Shown here piece by piece: positions 22,760 to 36,250 of a DNA stretch of 64,000 nucleotides (positions are counted from its first letter, which is position 1; each line of letters begins with the position of its first letter). The notes under the pieces were generated by a model, which did no database searches, was not told where the DNA came from, and saw only the letters and a program-made list of their open reading frames with translations. Both the position numbers and the translations under genes were made by a program. This DNA is from Hemiscyllium ocellatum (taxonomy: Eukaryota): contig NC_083409.1 in the NCBI RefSeq assembly GCF_020745735.1, forward strand, positions 11,835,052 through 11,899,051. Direction: 5' to 3'.

Positions 22760-24060
22760 ACGAAGGAGAGAGACCAGGAACCTGTTCCTGTCATTGTTCT
22801 GTTTCTTGGCCCTCCTTTGGACATTCTGTAATTATCGGGGAAGATACTGCCTTTAATCCTGACAAACCATTCCCCAGAAGGAAATCAACTCCCTCAACAG
22901 GGAATATTTTCCCCACTCCGACAATTACTTCTCCTGATAACAAATCACATTCCAGTTGTACATTTTGATGAACACCTTAGAATCCATTGAGCTCTCTGGA
23001 GGGAAAATCGATTCTTTCTCCAGTAAAAGTGATTGTATTGCCCCTGTATCTCTCAGTTTGATTCTGGGTTTAGCTGAAGAAAAAGGAGTCACCATTCCTT
23101 TTGATAAAAATCCTGTCCACCTCTCATCTATTTGACAACTTCCTTTACTGATGACAGAATTCACCTCCAGCCTTTTTGTTATAGTTACAGCTACAACCTG
23201 CTCTGTGGGATTATCTGTTTGCATTCCCTCCTCTGACTCATTTTTACTAACTCCCATAAATCTCCTGGGTCTTACCTCACAGCTTCCAACATTCCATACG
23301 CACATGGCCCACCTTATTCCAAGAGAATCGTTTCAACTTCTGATCATCGCTTCCAGCCTCAGCAATTTCTTTCTTAATCTGAAGAGTAGTTCTCGGGCAG
23401 GTCCCTCCTGTCCATTCTCTCCCCTGTCTACCTGCCTTCCACACACACTCCCAATTTTTATTTTTCTCCCATTTCTGGGCCTGATGGGAATAAGGTTTCT
23501 GGATTGATCTCCCATCAGGTGACTTCTCCACCTCCTGATGCTGCTTGGCTTGTTGTGCTCTTCCAGCTTCCTGTTTGTCGACTTTGGATTCCAGCATCTG
23601 CAAGGTTTTGGCTTTAATGAAGACTATAATCATTAACCATTCTAGCTGCTTGTCATGCTGTTCTTCCCCTTCAGGCTTTTACATGAATTCTGATTCTAGA
23701 AGGGAAGAAAGTTTTAAATCCTTCTCAGAGAATAATTTCTCCGACAGCATTGTAAGTATTCTCAGCTGTTAATGCTCTTATCCACCTGTCAACATTATTT
23801 TGCTGAATTCTCTCAAACTCAGTAGAAGTTTGTGGAGGCTGTTTCTGTAAGTTCTGAAACATCTGTCTGTATGTTTCTGGGATCAATGCAGATGTGCTTT
23901 TCACCTTTTCACTTCCTTGTGATCCTGAGAATGTTCCTCTGGCAGGGATACAGAAACTTCTTGTGCTTCCCAAGTTCATTTTGCATGGGCAAACTCCATT
24001 GTTTTTCCTCGCCTCACTTGTTTAAATATCTTCTCAAAAGGCATGAAAAATGTCTCTTCA
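22760..24060 (-). mobile_element. Gypsy LTR retrotransposon gag-protease relic
   Basis: Degenerate zinc knuckle (RFSWNKVGHVRMECWKL, ~23277-23335) followed by the aspartic-protease motif LRDTGAIQSLLL (~23030-23060). Confidence 0.75.
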
Positions 24061-26850
24061 TAGTCATAGAGTCATAAAGCAAACAAACAGGCCCTTCTGC
24101 CCACCATGTTAGTGCTGATCAGTAAACACCAAACTGCACTAATCCCATTTACCTGCACTTGGTCCATAGCATTCCATGCCCTGGCATTTTTATGTGCTCA
24201 TCTGGATGTGTCTTAAATGTTGTGAGAGGAGCTGCCTCCATCACCTTCTCAAGCAGCACATTCCATATTTCTACCACCCTCTGGGGTAAAAAAAATCCTC
24301 AATTCCCTCTCAACCACCTTTTCATCACATTAAGCTTATTCCTTCCGGTCATAGACATGTCTGCCATGGGGAAAAGATGATCACAATTGACTTTGTTTAT
24401 GTCTCTCAGAATTTTGTATCCCTTAATCAGATTCACCACCCCCTTCCACCACGCCCCCCCCCCCCCCTCAAAGCTTCCTCTGCTCCACAGGAAACAAACT
24501 CAGTTGATCAAGTCTCTCTCCTCATAACTAACACTTTCCATCCCAAGCAACATCTTGGGGAATCTACTCTCCACCCTCTCCAGTCCAATCATGTTTTTCC
24601 AACAGTGATATGTACACAGTGTTCCAGATATGGCCTAACCAATGCTCTGTAAATTAACAATGAGACTTCCTTACTCCGATATTCTACACACTGGCTAATG
24701 ATGGCAAGCATCCCATATGCCTTCTTCACCACCCTGTCTAGCTGTGCTGATTCCTTCCGGGATTGATGGACTTGTACACCAAGATCCCTTTGTTCCTCAC
24801 TACTCCCAAGGAACATGAGAACATAAGAGCTAGGAGCAGGAGTTGGCCGTCTGGCTCTTCGAGCCTGCTCCACTGTGCAATAAGATCATGGCGGATCTTT
24901 TCCTGGACTCAACTCCACATACCTGCGCTCTCATCTTATCTCTTAATTCCTTTATTTTTCAAAAAAAAATCTGAGCTCTAAAAATATTTACTGAAGAAAC
25001 ATCAACTACTTCATAGGACAAGAAATTTCATAGATTTTGACCCTCTGGGTGAAGAAGTTCCTTCTCAATTCAATCCTAAATCTGCTCCCCTTAATTTTGA
25101 GGCGATGCCCTCTTGTCCAAGTTTCACCTGCCAGTGGAAATATTCTCTCTACTTCAGTCTTATCTATTCTCTTCATAATGTTATATGTTTCTATAAGATC
25201 CCCCCTCATTCTTCTAAGTTCCAATGAATATATGCCAGTCTACTCAGTCTCTCCTCATAAGCTAACACCCTCAACTCTGGAGTCAACCTTCTCTGCACCC
25301 CTTCTAGTGCCAGTACATCCTTTCTCAAGTAAGGAGACCAAAACTGCACAAAGTACTCCAGGTGTGGCCTCACCAGCACCCTGTTCAGCTGCAACATAAC
25401 CTCCTGCTTTTTAAACTCAATCCCTTTAGCAATGAAGGACAAAATTCCATTTGCCTTCCTAATTGCTTGTTGTACCTGTAGACCAACCCTCTGTGATTCA
25501 TGCATAAGGACACTCAAGGCACATGCCTTTCATTGTGTATATCCTTCCCTTATTAGACCTCCCAAACTGGATCACCTTACACTTGTCAGGATTAAATTCT
25601 ATCTGCCATTGTTCTGCCCAGTTACCAGCTGATCAATATCAGACTGTAGCCTGAGACCCAGTAATCCAAGATGGCAGCAGAGTAGGACTCTTCAGACCAA
25701 GTTCATCTGCTCCGTCTGTTTCCTTTTCTGCTTTTTCTTCCACTGGTTTTTATTTTCTTTTGTGTTTTTCTTTTGTCGTTCTCCCTTCTTTTCTCTCCCA
25801 GCCACGGACTCCCAGCCTCACTCGCCAGGCCTCTGACCAGTGCAGCCCCAGTGTTGCGGCCTCTTGACTTGGTGTGGCAGAGTCCTAACCTGGCAGAGAG
25901 ACCTCCCAGCTCGGTGAGGCAGACTCTCGGTCTGACGTGTTGGGCTCTCAGTTTAATGTGGTGGCCTCTCGGCTCAGAATGCTCGACTGTCACTCCAGCG
26001 TGACGAACTCTCGGCCTAGCATGGCGATCTCTCAATGGACCAACGTGGTTGTCTCTCGGCCCACAGGATGGTCTTTTGCTGTATATAGTGGTCTTTCAGC
26101 CCAGCACAGCCTCAGCTTGCCTTCCAGTCTCGAAGTGAATGATTCAAAGTATGATCCCACGGTAGCTAAGCACTTAAGAAAGACTGTAATGATTGAACTT
26201 CCAGATTTATTTCTTTATTTTCTTCTTAAAACTAAAAAGGTCAAAAAGTCTGTAACGTGTAACTTTTAAATTTATTCTTTCTTTATACCTTGTTCTTAAG
26301 ATTCTGTATCTCGGTCCTTGTACCTAAGATGGCTCCTTCCAAGGTGACATCACATACTTTTCACTGTACTCCAATACTTTTGTACTTGAGTCCATGTAAC
26401 AATAAAATAAAATAAAATCAATATCAACAACACCACCAATTTATGTGGCATCTGAAAACTTTCTAATTATACAATCACCGTCAATTCATTAAGGTACATT
26501 ACAAACAGAAAGGGTCGCAGCCCCAATTCCTGTCATACACCACTGGTCACAGGCTTCCAATTACTAAGACAACCCTTCACCAACTTGTCAACTTGCCTTG
26601 GATCCCATTGGCTCTGACCATCTGGACCAGCCTTCCATGTGGGGCCTTTGTCAAACAAATCAATACTGGCATCCCTACCTCTCCAAGTATTGCTTAATCC
26701 TGTACTTCAGGATTTTTTCTAATAATTTCCCACACACTGACATCAGACTAACTGGTCTGGAATTGCCTGGCCTATCCCTGCTGCCCTTCTTGAACAGAGG
26801 AACCACATTGACAATCCTCCAGTCTGGCACTTCACCTGTGGCCAGCGAAG
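24060..26850 (-). mobile_element. Nested CR1 LINE fragments
   Basis: ORFs 24589-24873, 25206-25517 and 26675-26860 carry CR1 RT motifs. Confidence 0.85.
25642..26416 (+). mobile_element. Non-autonomous retroposon (775 bp) with 10-bp TSD and (TAAAA)n tail
   Basis: TSD ATCAATATCA at 25632-25641 and 26417-26426. Has CAAGATGGC near the 5' end, a CpG-containing body and no credible ORF. Confidence 0.7.
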
Positions 26851-28989
26851 TATTAATCAAGGAAAAGGCAATTAAACTTTCAAGACAATGAAATGAAAAC
26901 TACAGTTAAGTTAAACCTAAAGACGCGTTAGAGAAATGAACGCCTTCTCCCTGTTATTTAAGTACAATAAAACTATAATGTTTGAATAGAAAGGATTTTA
27001 TTTTGCCGCGTTTTGAAATCTTTTGCAATTGTGTTTTCTGTCAGTATGTTTTATTTTATCTTCATTTCTTTTGTGCACTGAGGTCTATTTATTCAATCTA
27101 AATCATCAGCATTGCGTACTTATGCTCTACAGCTGCTGCAGACCAACTGCATTTCTTCAGCAGTTTTTGGGTTTGTTTCAGTCTGAGATCTGTGTTGTCC
27201 AATAATACCAGCAGTTGGGATGGGAATAGTTGGCTAGCATCATGATTGTCACTCTAATTAGAAATTGACACTTCGTATTTGATGAATCCAACAAACCCTT
27301 ACACTGTTTTCACATCTGTCAGTCACCACATCACTGCCACCGCTCTTACCTTTCCAGAATCCAGGCAAATCCTTTTGCTCTCAGTATGTGACTGATGTAC
27401 TTGGGCATCTTTAATTGCAAACTTTCTTGTTCAGCTTAATGACTCTTTCTTTCTTGTTCAGCTCCTGACAAGCTACACCCAGCAGGCCACTAGATGATGA
27501 TTGTGGTCAGCAATGCTTTGTATCTAGAATAGCCCACTTTCTCCCCATATCCTTCTCACTCACACTCTCAACTGATGACCCGGGCATCGCGGCAGCTTGC
27601 CGTGTTTGAGGAGAAATTGACTCGAAATTGAATCAACTGTTGGTATTTCATGTGGCCATTCAATTGAAAAACAAGTATATTTACACTGAAGTTAATAAAT
27701 TATAAATGTATAATAATTGGACAGAATGATATATTAAACTTTGCAGCATTTGAGGGATATAACTTTTGCCGGTTTGTCAAGAATGCCGGTTCATAAGGTA
27801 CAGGTTACAATAACATTTGCTGTGCACCTTTTATAATGGACCCCGTATTTCTCCCATTACTGATGCCAAGCTAACTGGTCGACAAAAAACACTGTGTTCT
27901 CTCTGTCTTCCTTCTTAAATAGTGGGGTTATTTTAGCCACTTTCCAATCCATAGGAACTGCTCCTGAGTCTAGATTTCTGAAAGATGACGACGAGTGCAT
28001 CTATTCTTTCTAATGCCACTTTCCTAAATAGTCTGGGGTGAAGGGATCATGCTGCCAAAGATATTTTATGGCTCCTCTTTGAACTCCTATTTTTAAGCAC
28101 CTCCCCACACTTTCTCTTCTCCTGAAGGACCTCCCCTCTTTTTGATGGTCTGTACTTGGTATGTGCTTATTCCTTTTTCTTTCACAAACTATCCATGTCC
28201 TTTGACATCCAGGATCCCAGGAGCTGCTGTCCTTGCCTTTCTTTCTGAGCTGGCCCTGAACTACATTAAAAAGATCCCCATTTTCCAAATGTAGACTGAC
28301 CTCCAAGTAACTGATCCCAGTCTATATTTGCCAGATCCTGTCTAATGAAATTGAAATTGGCCTTGCCTCACTTTAGACACTTAACTTCTGCGCTACCCTT
28401 ATTCCTTTCCATAATAGTTAGGAAACGTATGGAGTTATGTTCACTATCTCCAAAATGCTCACCCATTGACTCTTCAACATTTTGACATTACTCGGATTGA
28501 GCCCAGCACTGCCCATGTCTAGTGGGACTATCTACGTACTGGCACCAAAAGCTCTCCTGGTTGGACTTTAAAAATTCCATTCACATGAAGTCAAACATAA
28601 AGTTTATGTTAGAGAAGTTGAAATTCCTTGCTAATATAGCCCTATTCCTCTCAAGCCTCTCATTGCTTTGCCGACATATCTGCTCCTCTCTCTCCAACTG
28701 ACTATTGGGGACACTATAGAATAATCCCAGCAAAGTGATTGTCCTTTTGTCTCGCTCTACCCAGACGGCGTCATTTGAAGACCCTTCCAAGAAATGCTCC
28801 TTCAGTAGCAATACTGCAGTCATGGTTTCTTTTATCAATAATGCAACACACCCACCTCTCTTGCGCCCTGTCTATCCCACCTCAGACTTGTCTACCCTGG
28901 AATGTTGAGCAGCCAGTCCTATCTTTGTTCAATCATGTCTCAGCAATTGCAACAATATGATATTCCAAAAAGACAATGCAACAGCATAT

Positions 28990-30080
28990 GAAATAGCATC
29001 AGAGGTATGGTTAGTAAGTTTGCAGATGACACCAAAATTGGAGGTGTAGTGGACAGCAAAGAAGGTTCAGAGAAAGTGAGGACTGAAGATGCTGGAGATC
29101 AGAGCTGAAAATGTGTTGCTGGAAAAGCGCAGCAGGTCAGGCAGCATCAAAGGAGCAGGAGACGTTTTGGGCATAAGCCCTTCTTCAGGGATTTCTTTTA
29201 AGCAAAGAAGGTTACCTCAGATTACAACGGGATCTTGATCAGATGGGCCAATGGGCTGAGAAGTGGCAGATGGAGTTTAATTCAGATAAATGCGAGGTGA
29301 TACATTTTGGGAAAGCAAACCTTAGCAGGACTTATACACTTAATGATAAGGTCCTAGAGAGTGTTGCTGAACAAAGAGACCTTGGAGTGCAGGTTCATAG
29401 CTCCTTGAAAGTGGAGTCACAGGTAGATAGGATAGTGAAGAAGGTGTCTGCTATGCTTTCCTTTATTGGTCAGAGTATCGAATACAGGAGTTAGGAGGTC
29501 ATGTTGTGGCTGTATACGACATTGGTGAGGCCACTGTTGAAATATTCTGGTCTCCTTCCTATCGAAAAGATGTTGTGAAACTTGAAAGTGTTCAAAAAAG
29601 ATTTATTAGGATGTTGCCAGGGTTGGAGGATTTGAGCTAAAGTGAGAGGCTGAACAGGCTGGGGCTGTTTTCCCTGGAGCGGCAGAGGCTGAGGGTGACC
29701 TTATAGAGGTTTACAAAATTATGAGGAGCATGGATAGGATAAATAGACAAAGTCTTTTCCCTGGGGTTGGGGAGTCCAGAACTAGAGGGCATAGGTTTAG
29801 GATGAGAGGGGAAAGATATAAAAGAGACGCAAGGGGCAACTTTTTCACGCAGAGGGTGGTACATGGATGGAATGAGCTGCCAGAGGAAGTGGTGGAGGCT
29901 GGTACAATTGCAACATTTAAAAGGCATTTGGATGCACACATGAATAAAAATGGTTTGGGGGGATGTGGGCGGGTGCTGGCAGGTGGGACTAGATTGGGTT
30001 GGGACATCTGGTCGGCATGGACAGGTTGGACCAAAGGGTTTGTTTCCACGTTGTACATCTCTATGTCTCGCTGACTCTGT
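28990..30080 (+). mobile_element. CR1 LINE 3' half, comparatively well preserved
   Basis: KFADDTKIGG start; ORFs 29243-29494 and 29721-30074. Confidence 0.92.
29068..29200 (-). mobile_element. Short Penelope-like terminal insertion with 13-bp TSD
   Basis: TSD AGCAAAGAAGGTT at 29055-29067 and 29201-29213. It interrupts the CR1 RT. Confidence 0.8.
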
Positions 30081-30494
30081 ATTCCCAAGTGCCGTTCAAT
30101 GCTCTCAGTTCAACCGCATTACTGGTCAAGCTCCTTACATTGAAATATTTACAATTCAGCTTTCTGATCCTCCTGTATCCTGGATCGTGTCCTAGTGGTC
30201 ACTCAGTGGTTTTCTGCATTGCCCTTACTTTCCCATGAAGGGAAACATTGAGCATTAACTTTAGGGAATGTTAGACCAATTAGTCGGACATCAGCAGTGG
30301 AGAAAAAGCTCAAATTCATTATAAAATATTTTATAGCTTCGCACTGAGAAAACAGTGACAGAATTGGGCAGAGTCAGCATGGATTGTCAAAAGAAAAATC
30401 ATGCTTAACAAATCGACTGGACTTGTTTGAGGATGTAGTGAGTGGATTTGACAAGGGGGAGCCAGCGGATGTGGTTTATTTGGACTTTGTAAGG

Positions 30495-33400
30495 GGAATA
30501 GATAGGTGGTTCTGTGGTCAAAAACGAGACTCCTGAATAGCTCTGAAGGGGGAGGGTGAACAGCTAGCTGTGATGGTGCATGTAGGCCGCAATGATATAC
30601 GTAATAAACGGGATGAGGTCCAACATGCAGAATTTAGGGAGTTAGGAACCACATTAAAAATAAGGACCTCAGAGGTAGTAATCTCAGGATTGCAACCAGT
30701 GCCGCGTATTAGTCAGAATAGACATGGAAGAATAGGCAGGATGAATGAGTGGCTTGAGAGATGGCGCAGTGGGGGGGGGGGGGTGGGGTTCAGATTTTTG
30801 CGACATTGGGATTGGTTCTGGGGGAGGTGGGACTATTACAAATCAAGAATGCCTGCACCTGGGCAGGACTGGAACCAATGTCCTCCAGCCTACTTTTGCT
30901 CACGTTCTTGGGGACGGTTCAAAATAATGTAGCTGAGTGATGGGAACCAAATGAGGAGGTTAGTGGACAGTAAGGAGGTAGTAACTAAAGCCTGTAAGGA
31001 ACTAGGTAATGAAATGGGCGTGACTAAGGGTAAGAATAGGTAGATGATGAACACAAAGGGGCAGGTGGTCTGAGATGCATTTGTTTTAATGCAAAAAGTG
31101 TAGTAGGTAAGGCAGAGGAATTTAGGGCTTGGATTTGTACCTGGTTGTATGATGTTATTGCTATTACTGAGACTTGGTTGAGGGAAAGGCAAGATTGGCA
31201 ACTAAATATCCCAGGATACAGATGTATCTGATGGGTTCAAGACGGAGGTAAAAGGGGTAGAGGAGTAGCATTACTGGTCAGAGAGGACATCACAGCTGTG
31301 CTGAAGGAAGGCACGATGGAGGACTTGAGCAGAGGGGGAATTTGGGCAGACCTCAGAAACAGGAAGGGTACAGTAACAATGCTGGGGCTGTACTATAGTC
31401 CTCCCAACAGCCAGCACGAGATAGCGGTCAAATATGTAAACAGATTACGGAAGATGTAGGAGCAACAGGGTGGTGGCGATGGGAGATTTTAATTTTCTCA
31501 ACATTGACGGGGATTCATTTAAAGTTATAGGTTTAGACAGAGCAAAATTTGTAAGGAGCACCCAGGAGGATTTTACATAGTATGTAAATAGTTCAACTCA
31601 GGAAGGGGCCATACTGGACCTGGTGTTGGGGAATGAGCCCAGCCAGGTGGTTGAAATCTCAGTCGGGGATTACTTTGGGAACAGTGATCACAATTCCATA
31701 AGTTTTTAGAATGCTAATGGACAAAGACAAGAGTGGTCCGAAAGGAAGAGGGCTAAACTGGGGGAAGGCCAACTATAGCAAAATTCGGCAGAAGCTGGGT
31801 AATGTGGATTGGGAGCAGCTGTTTGAGGGTAAATCCACATTTGATATGTGGGAGGCTTTGTAAGAGAGGTTGATTAGAATGCAGGACAGACATGACCCTG
31901 TGACAATGAGGGATTGAAATGACAAGATTAGGGAACCCTGGATGACAGGTGAAATTGTGAGACTAGCTAAGAGGAAAAAGGATGCATACATAAGGTCTAG
32001 GTGGCTGACAACAGGCAAAGCTTTGGAAGAATATTGGGAAACTAGGACCGATCTGAAATTAGGAATTAAAAGGGCTAAAAGGGGTCACAAAACATCATTA
32101 TCAAAATGGGTTAAGGAAATCGCAAAGCCTTTTATTCATATATAAGGAGCAAGAGGGTGACTAGAGAAAGGGTTGGCCCACTCAAGGACAGAGGAAATTT
32201 ATGCATGGAGTCAGGGAAAATGGGAGAGATTCTAAATGAGTGGTTTGTTTTGGTACTCACCAAGGAGATGGAAAAGCTGGACGTTGAAGTTGGGGATAGA
32301 TGTTTGATTACTCTTGGTCAAGTTGGTTTAAGGCGGGAGAAAGTGTTGAGTATTCTAAAAGGCATTAAGGTGGACAGGTCCCCAGGTCAGGATGGAATCT
32401 ATCCCCGGGTACTGTGGGAAGCAAGAGAGGAGATAGCTGGGGCCTTAAGAGATATCTTTGTAGCAATCTTGAACATGGGTGAGGTCCCAGAGGACTGGAG
32501 AATAGCTAATGTTGTCCCCTTGTATAAAAAGAGTAGCAAAGATAATCCAGGTAATTATCAAGCGGTGAGCCTGACGTCAGTGGAAGGGAAGCTGCTGAAG
32601 CAGATACTGATTTGGAAGAAAATGGATGTATCAGTGATAGGCAACATGATTTTGTGCAGGGAATTTCATGTCTTACCTACTTCATAGAATTTTTTGAAGA
32701 AGTGACAAAGTTGATAGATTAGGGAAGAGCTGTAGATGTCATACACATGGACTTCAGTAAGGTGTTTGATAACATTCCCCATGTAGCCTGATAGAGAAAT
32801 TAAAGTCGCATGGGGTCCAGTATGTACTAGCTAGATGGATATAGAACAGGCTGGGCAACAGGAGACAGAGAGTAGTAGTGGAAGGGAATTTCTCAAAATG
32901 GAGAACAGGAATACATGCTGAGAACACTCTTGTTTATATGATATATATAAATGATCTGGAAGAAGGAATAGGTGGTCTGATTAACAAGTTTGCAGATGAC
33001 ACTAAGATTGGTGGAGTAGCAGATAGTGAAGGGGACTGTCAGAGAATGCAGCAGAATATAGATAGATTGGAGAGTTGGGCAGAGAAACAGACAGATGGAG
33101 TTCAATCCGGGCAAATGTGATCTGATGAATTTTGGAAGATCCAATTCTGGAGTAAACTAGATGCTGAATGGAAAGCCCTGGGGAAAATTGATGCACAGAG
33201 AGATCTGGATGTTCGGGTCCATTGTACCCTGAAGGTGGTAATGCAGGTTGATAGAGTGGTCAAGTGGGCAGATGGCATGCTTTCCTTCATCGGTTGGGGT
33301 ACAAGAGTAGGCAGGTCATGTTAGAATTGTATCAGAATTTGGCTTGGCCACATTTGGAATACTGCATACAGTTCTGGTCGCCACATTACCAAAAGGATGA

Positions 33401-33900
33401 GGATGCTTTGGAGATGGTGCAGAGGAGCTTAACCAGGATTGTCTCATATGGAGGGCATGAGCTATGAAGAGAGGTTGAGTAGATTAGCATCATTTTCAAT
33501 AGAAAGTTGAAGATTGAGGGAGGACCTGCTAGAGGTCTACAAAATCATGAGAGCTATAAACATGATGGATAGCAAGAAGATTTTTCCCAGAGTGAGGGGT
33601 TCAATTGCTAGGGACCATGGGTTCAAGGTGAGAGGAGAAAGGTTTAGGGGAGATATGCGTGGAACGTTCTTTACGCAGAGAGTGGTTGGTACCTGGAACA
33701 CGTTGCCAGCGGAAGTGGTAGAGGCGGGCATGATAGCATCATTAAAGATGTATCGAGATAGATGCATGAATGGGCAGGGAACAGAGGGATACAGATCCTT
33801 GGAAAATTGATGATAGGTTGAAATTGAAGCTATGGATCAGTGCAGGCTTGGAGGGCCGAAGGGCCTGTTCCTGTTTTGTAATTTTCTTTGTCCCTTGTTC
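30495..33900 (+). mobile_element. Longest CR1 LINE in window (ORF1 esterase end, ORF2 endonuclease and RT, 3' UTR), decayed
   Basis: Contains VHVGRNDI (ORF1), YDVIAITETW, DHNS, DRSPGQDGIYPRVL...NYQAVSLTS (32157-32687), INKFADDTKIGG and a 3' tail at ~33880. Frameshifted. Confidence 0.92.
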
Positions 33901-33909
33901 TTGGACCTG

Positions 33910-36250
33910 AGAAAGCTCAAAGGAACAGAATGATCTTGGGGTACTTGTCCACTGATCCCCGAATGGGGCAAGACAGGTTAACAGAGGACACTTGCCTTGG
34001 TCATGTCAGGTATTGGTTATAAAAGCAGGAGGATATGGTGCAGTTAAGCAGAACATTGGTTAGCCCACAGCTGGAGTACTGTGTGCAGTTCAGGTCACCA
34101 CACTGTAGGAAGGATGTGATTGCACTGGATGGGGTGCAGAGGGGAATCACCAGGATGTTGTGTGGGACGGAGCCTCTTAGTGATGAAGAGAAATTGGATC
34201 AGCTCGGGTTGTTTTCTTCAGAGCAGAGAAGGTGGAGGGGGACCTGATCGAGGTGTATAAGGTTATGAGAGGAATGGACAGGGAGGAGAGAAAGCAGCTG
34301 TTCTTCTTCATGGGAGGGTCAATAAAAAGTTGGTTTACATTCATTGTGAAAGATAGGAAGTTTCAAGATGTTTTGAGGAAAATGTTTTTTTATCCAGAGG
34401 GTGGTGGGTGTCTGGAACGCACAGCCTGGGAGAGCAGTTGACGTGGGAAACCTCAAAAACTTTAAAAAGTACTTGGGTGAGCAGTTGAAATGTCATAACA
34501 TTCTAGCTATGGGCTCATATTGGAAAGTGGGATTGGTGCAGGTTTAGTGTAGTTTGGCTGGTACACAGTTAATGGGCTGAAGGACCTGTTCTGTACTGTG
34601 TGATTTTATGATTGTATTGTGTACAGTTTTGGTCTCCTTATCTGAGAAAGGATGTTCTGGTTGTGGAGGGAGGACAGCGAAAGTTTACCAGACTGATTCC
34701 TGGGATGACAGCACTTAGATCTGTTGAGAAACTGGATCAGTTAGGATTATATTCACTGGAGGTTAGAAGATTGAGAGGAATCACGTTGGAACCTTTAAAA
34801 TCCTAACAGGACAAGACCGGAAAAACACAGGAAGTATGTTCCTGATCATTGGAGAATCCAGAACCAGGAATTACAGTTTAAAGAAAAGGGAAAGGTTATT
34901 TCAGACTGAGCTGAGGAGACATTTCTTTAGCCAGAGAGTGGGAAGCTGATGGAATATTCTATCACAGAAAGCAGTTGAGACCAAAACATTAAAAGTTTTC
35001 AAGAAGGAGATAGGTCTAAAGGGACTTAGGACGAAAGGGATTAAGGTTATGGGAAAAAAGTGGGAACAGGGGACTAAGTTGAATGATCAGCCATGGTCAT
35101 ATTTAATGGCAGACCCCACTCGGGCTGAATGGCCTACTCCTGCTGTTCGTTACTTTGTTTCTGCGTTTGAGAGACTGTCCGTAAACATGGAAACATATGG
35201 AATTATAGAGTCAAAGAGTCATCGAGTCCTACAGCACAGAGACAGGCTTTTTGGTCCACACTGGTCCATGCTGACCAAAATGTCCATCCATGCTAACCCC
35301 ATTTCCCTGCACTTGGCCCATATCCTTCGGAGCCTTTCCTATCCATGTATTTGTCCAAATGCCTTTTTAAAGTTGTTAATATACCCGCCTCAATCACTTC
35401 CACTGGCAGCTCATTCCATATGCGTGCCACCCTCTGTGTAAACAAGTTGTCCCTCAGGTTCCCTTTTATTCTTTCTCCTCTAACCTAAAACCCCTCTCAT
35501 CCTCAATTCCCCAACCCTGGGAAAAAGACTGAGTGCATTCACCCTATCCATGTCTCTCAAGGTCTTATACACTTCTAAAAAAAACCCTCAGTCTCCTACA
35601 CTCTCTGAAAAAAGTCCTAGCTTGTCCAACTTCTCACAAAAACTCAGATTGTTGAGTCCTAGCAACATGCTTGTACATTTCCTCTGAACTTGTTCCAGTT
35701 TAATAATGTCCTTCCTATAACAAGGTGACCAAATACTCCAAGTGCGACCTCACCAACGTTCTGTACAATGGTAACATAACTTCTCAACTTCTATACTCAA
35801 TGCCCTGACTGATGAAGGCCAGTGTGTCAAAAGCCTTCCTCACTGCCCTGTCGAACTGTGACTCAACTTCCAGAGAACTCCAAAATCTCTCTGTTTCACT
35901 ACAGTCCTTAAGGCCTTACCATTCACCATGGTACTCCCACCTCGATTAAACTTCCTAAAGTGCAAGACCTCACAATTATCTCTCTGAACTCATTTTGTCA
36001 TTTCTCTGCTCATTTCTCCAGCTGATCAAGGTCCTGCTGCAATTTCTGATAACCTCCCTCAATGTCTATTGTAATGTCATCTGCAAACTTACCAATCATG
36101 CCTTGCAGATTCTCATCCAAATTATTGATGTAGATAGCAAAGAGTAATGGACCCAGGACCGAGCCCTGAGGCGCTCCACTAGACACAGGCCTCTAGTCTG
36201 ACAAGCATCCTTCCACTGTTACCCACTGCTTTCTACCATCAGGCCAATCA
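33910..36250. mobile_element. CR1 fragments (33910-35160 on +, 35190-36250 on -)
   Basis: CR1 C-terminal motifs in both orientations. The 35190-36250 element has no counterpart in cluster 1. Confidence 0.8.

Noticed and set aside
32157-32687. Long CR1 ORFs (also 45893-46459, 17354-17989) as host genes
   Set aside because: They are LINE ORF1/ORF2 fragments or their antisense shadows, with surrounding frameshifts.
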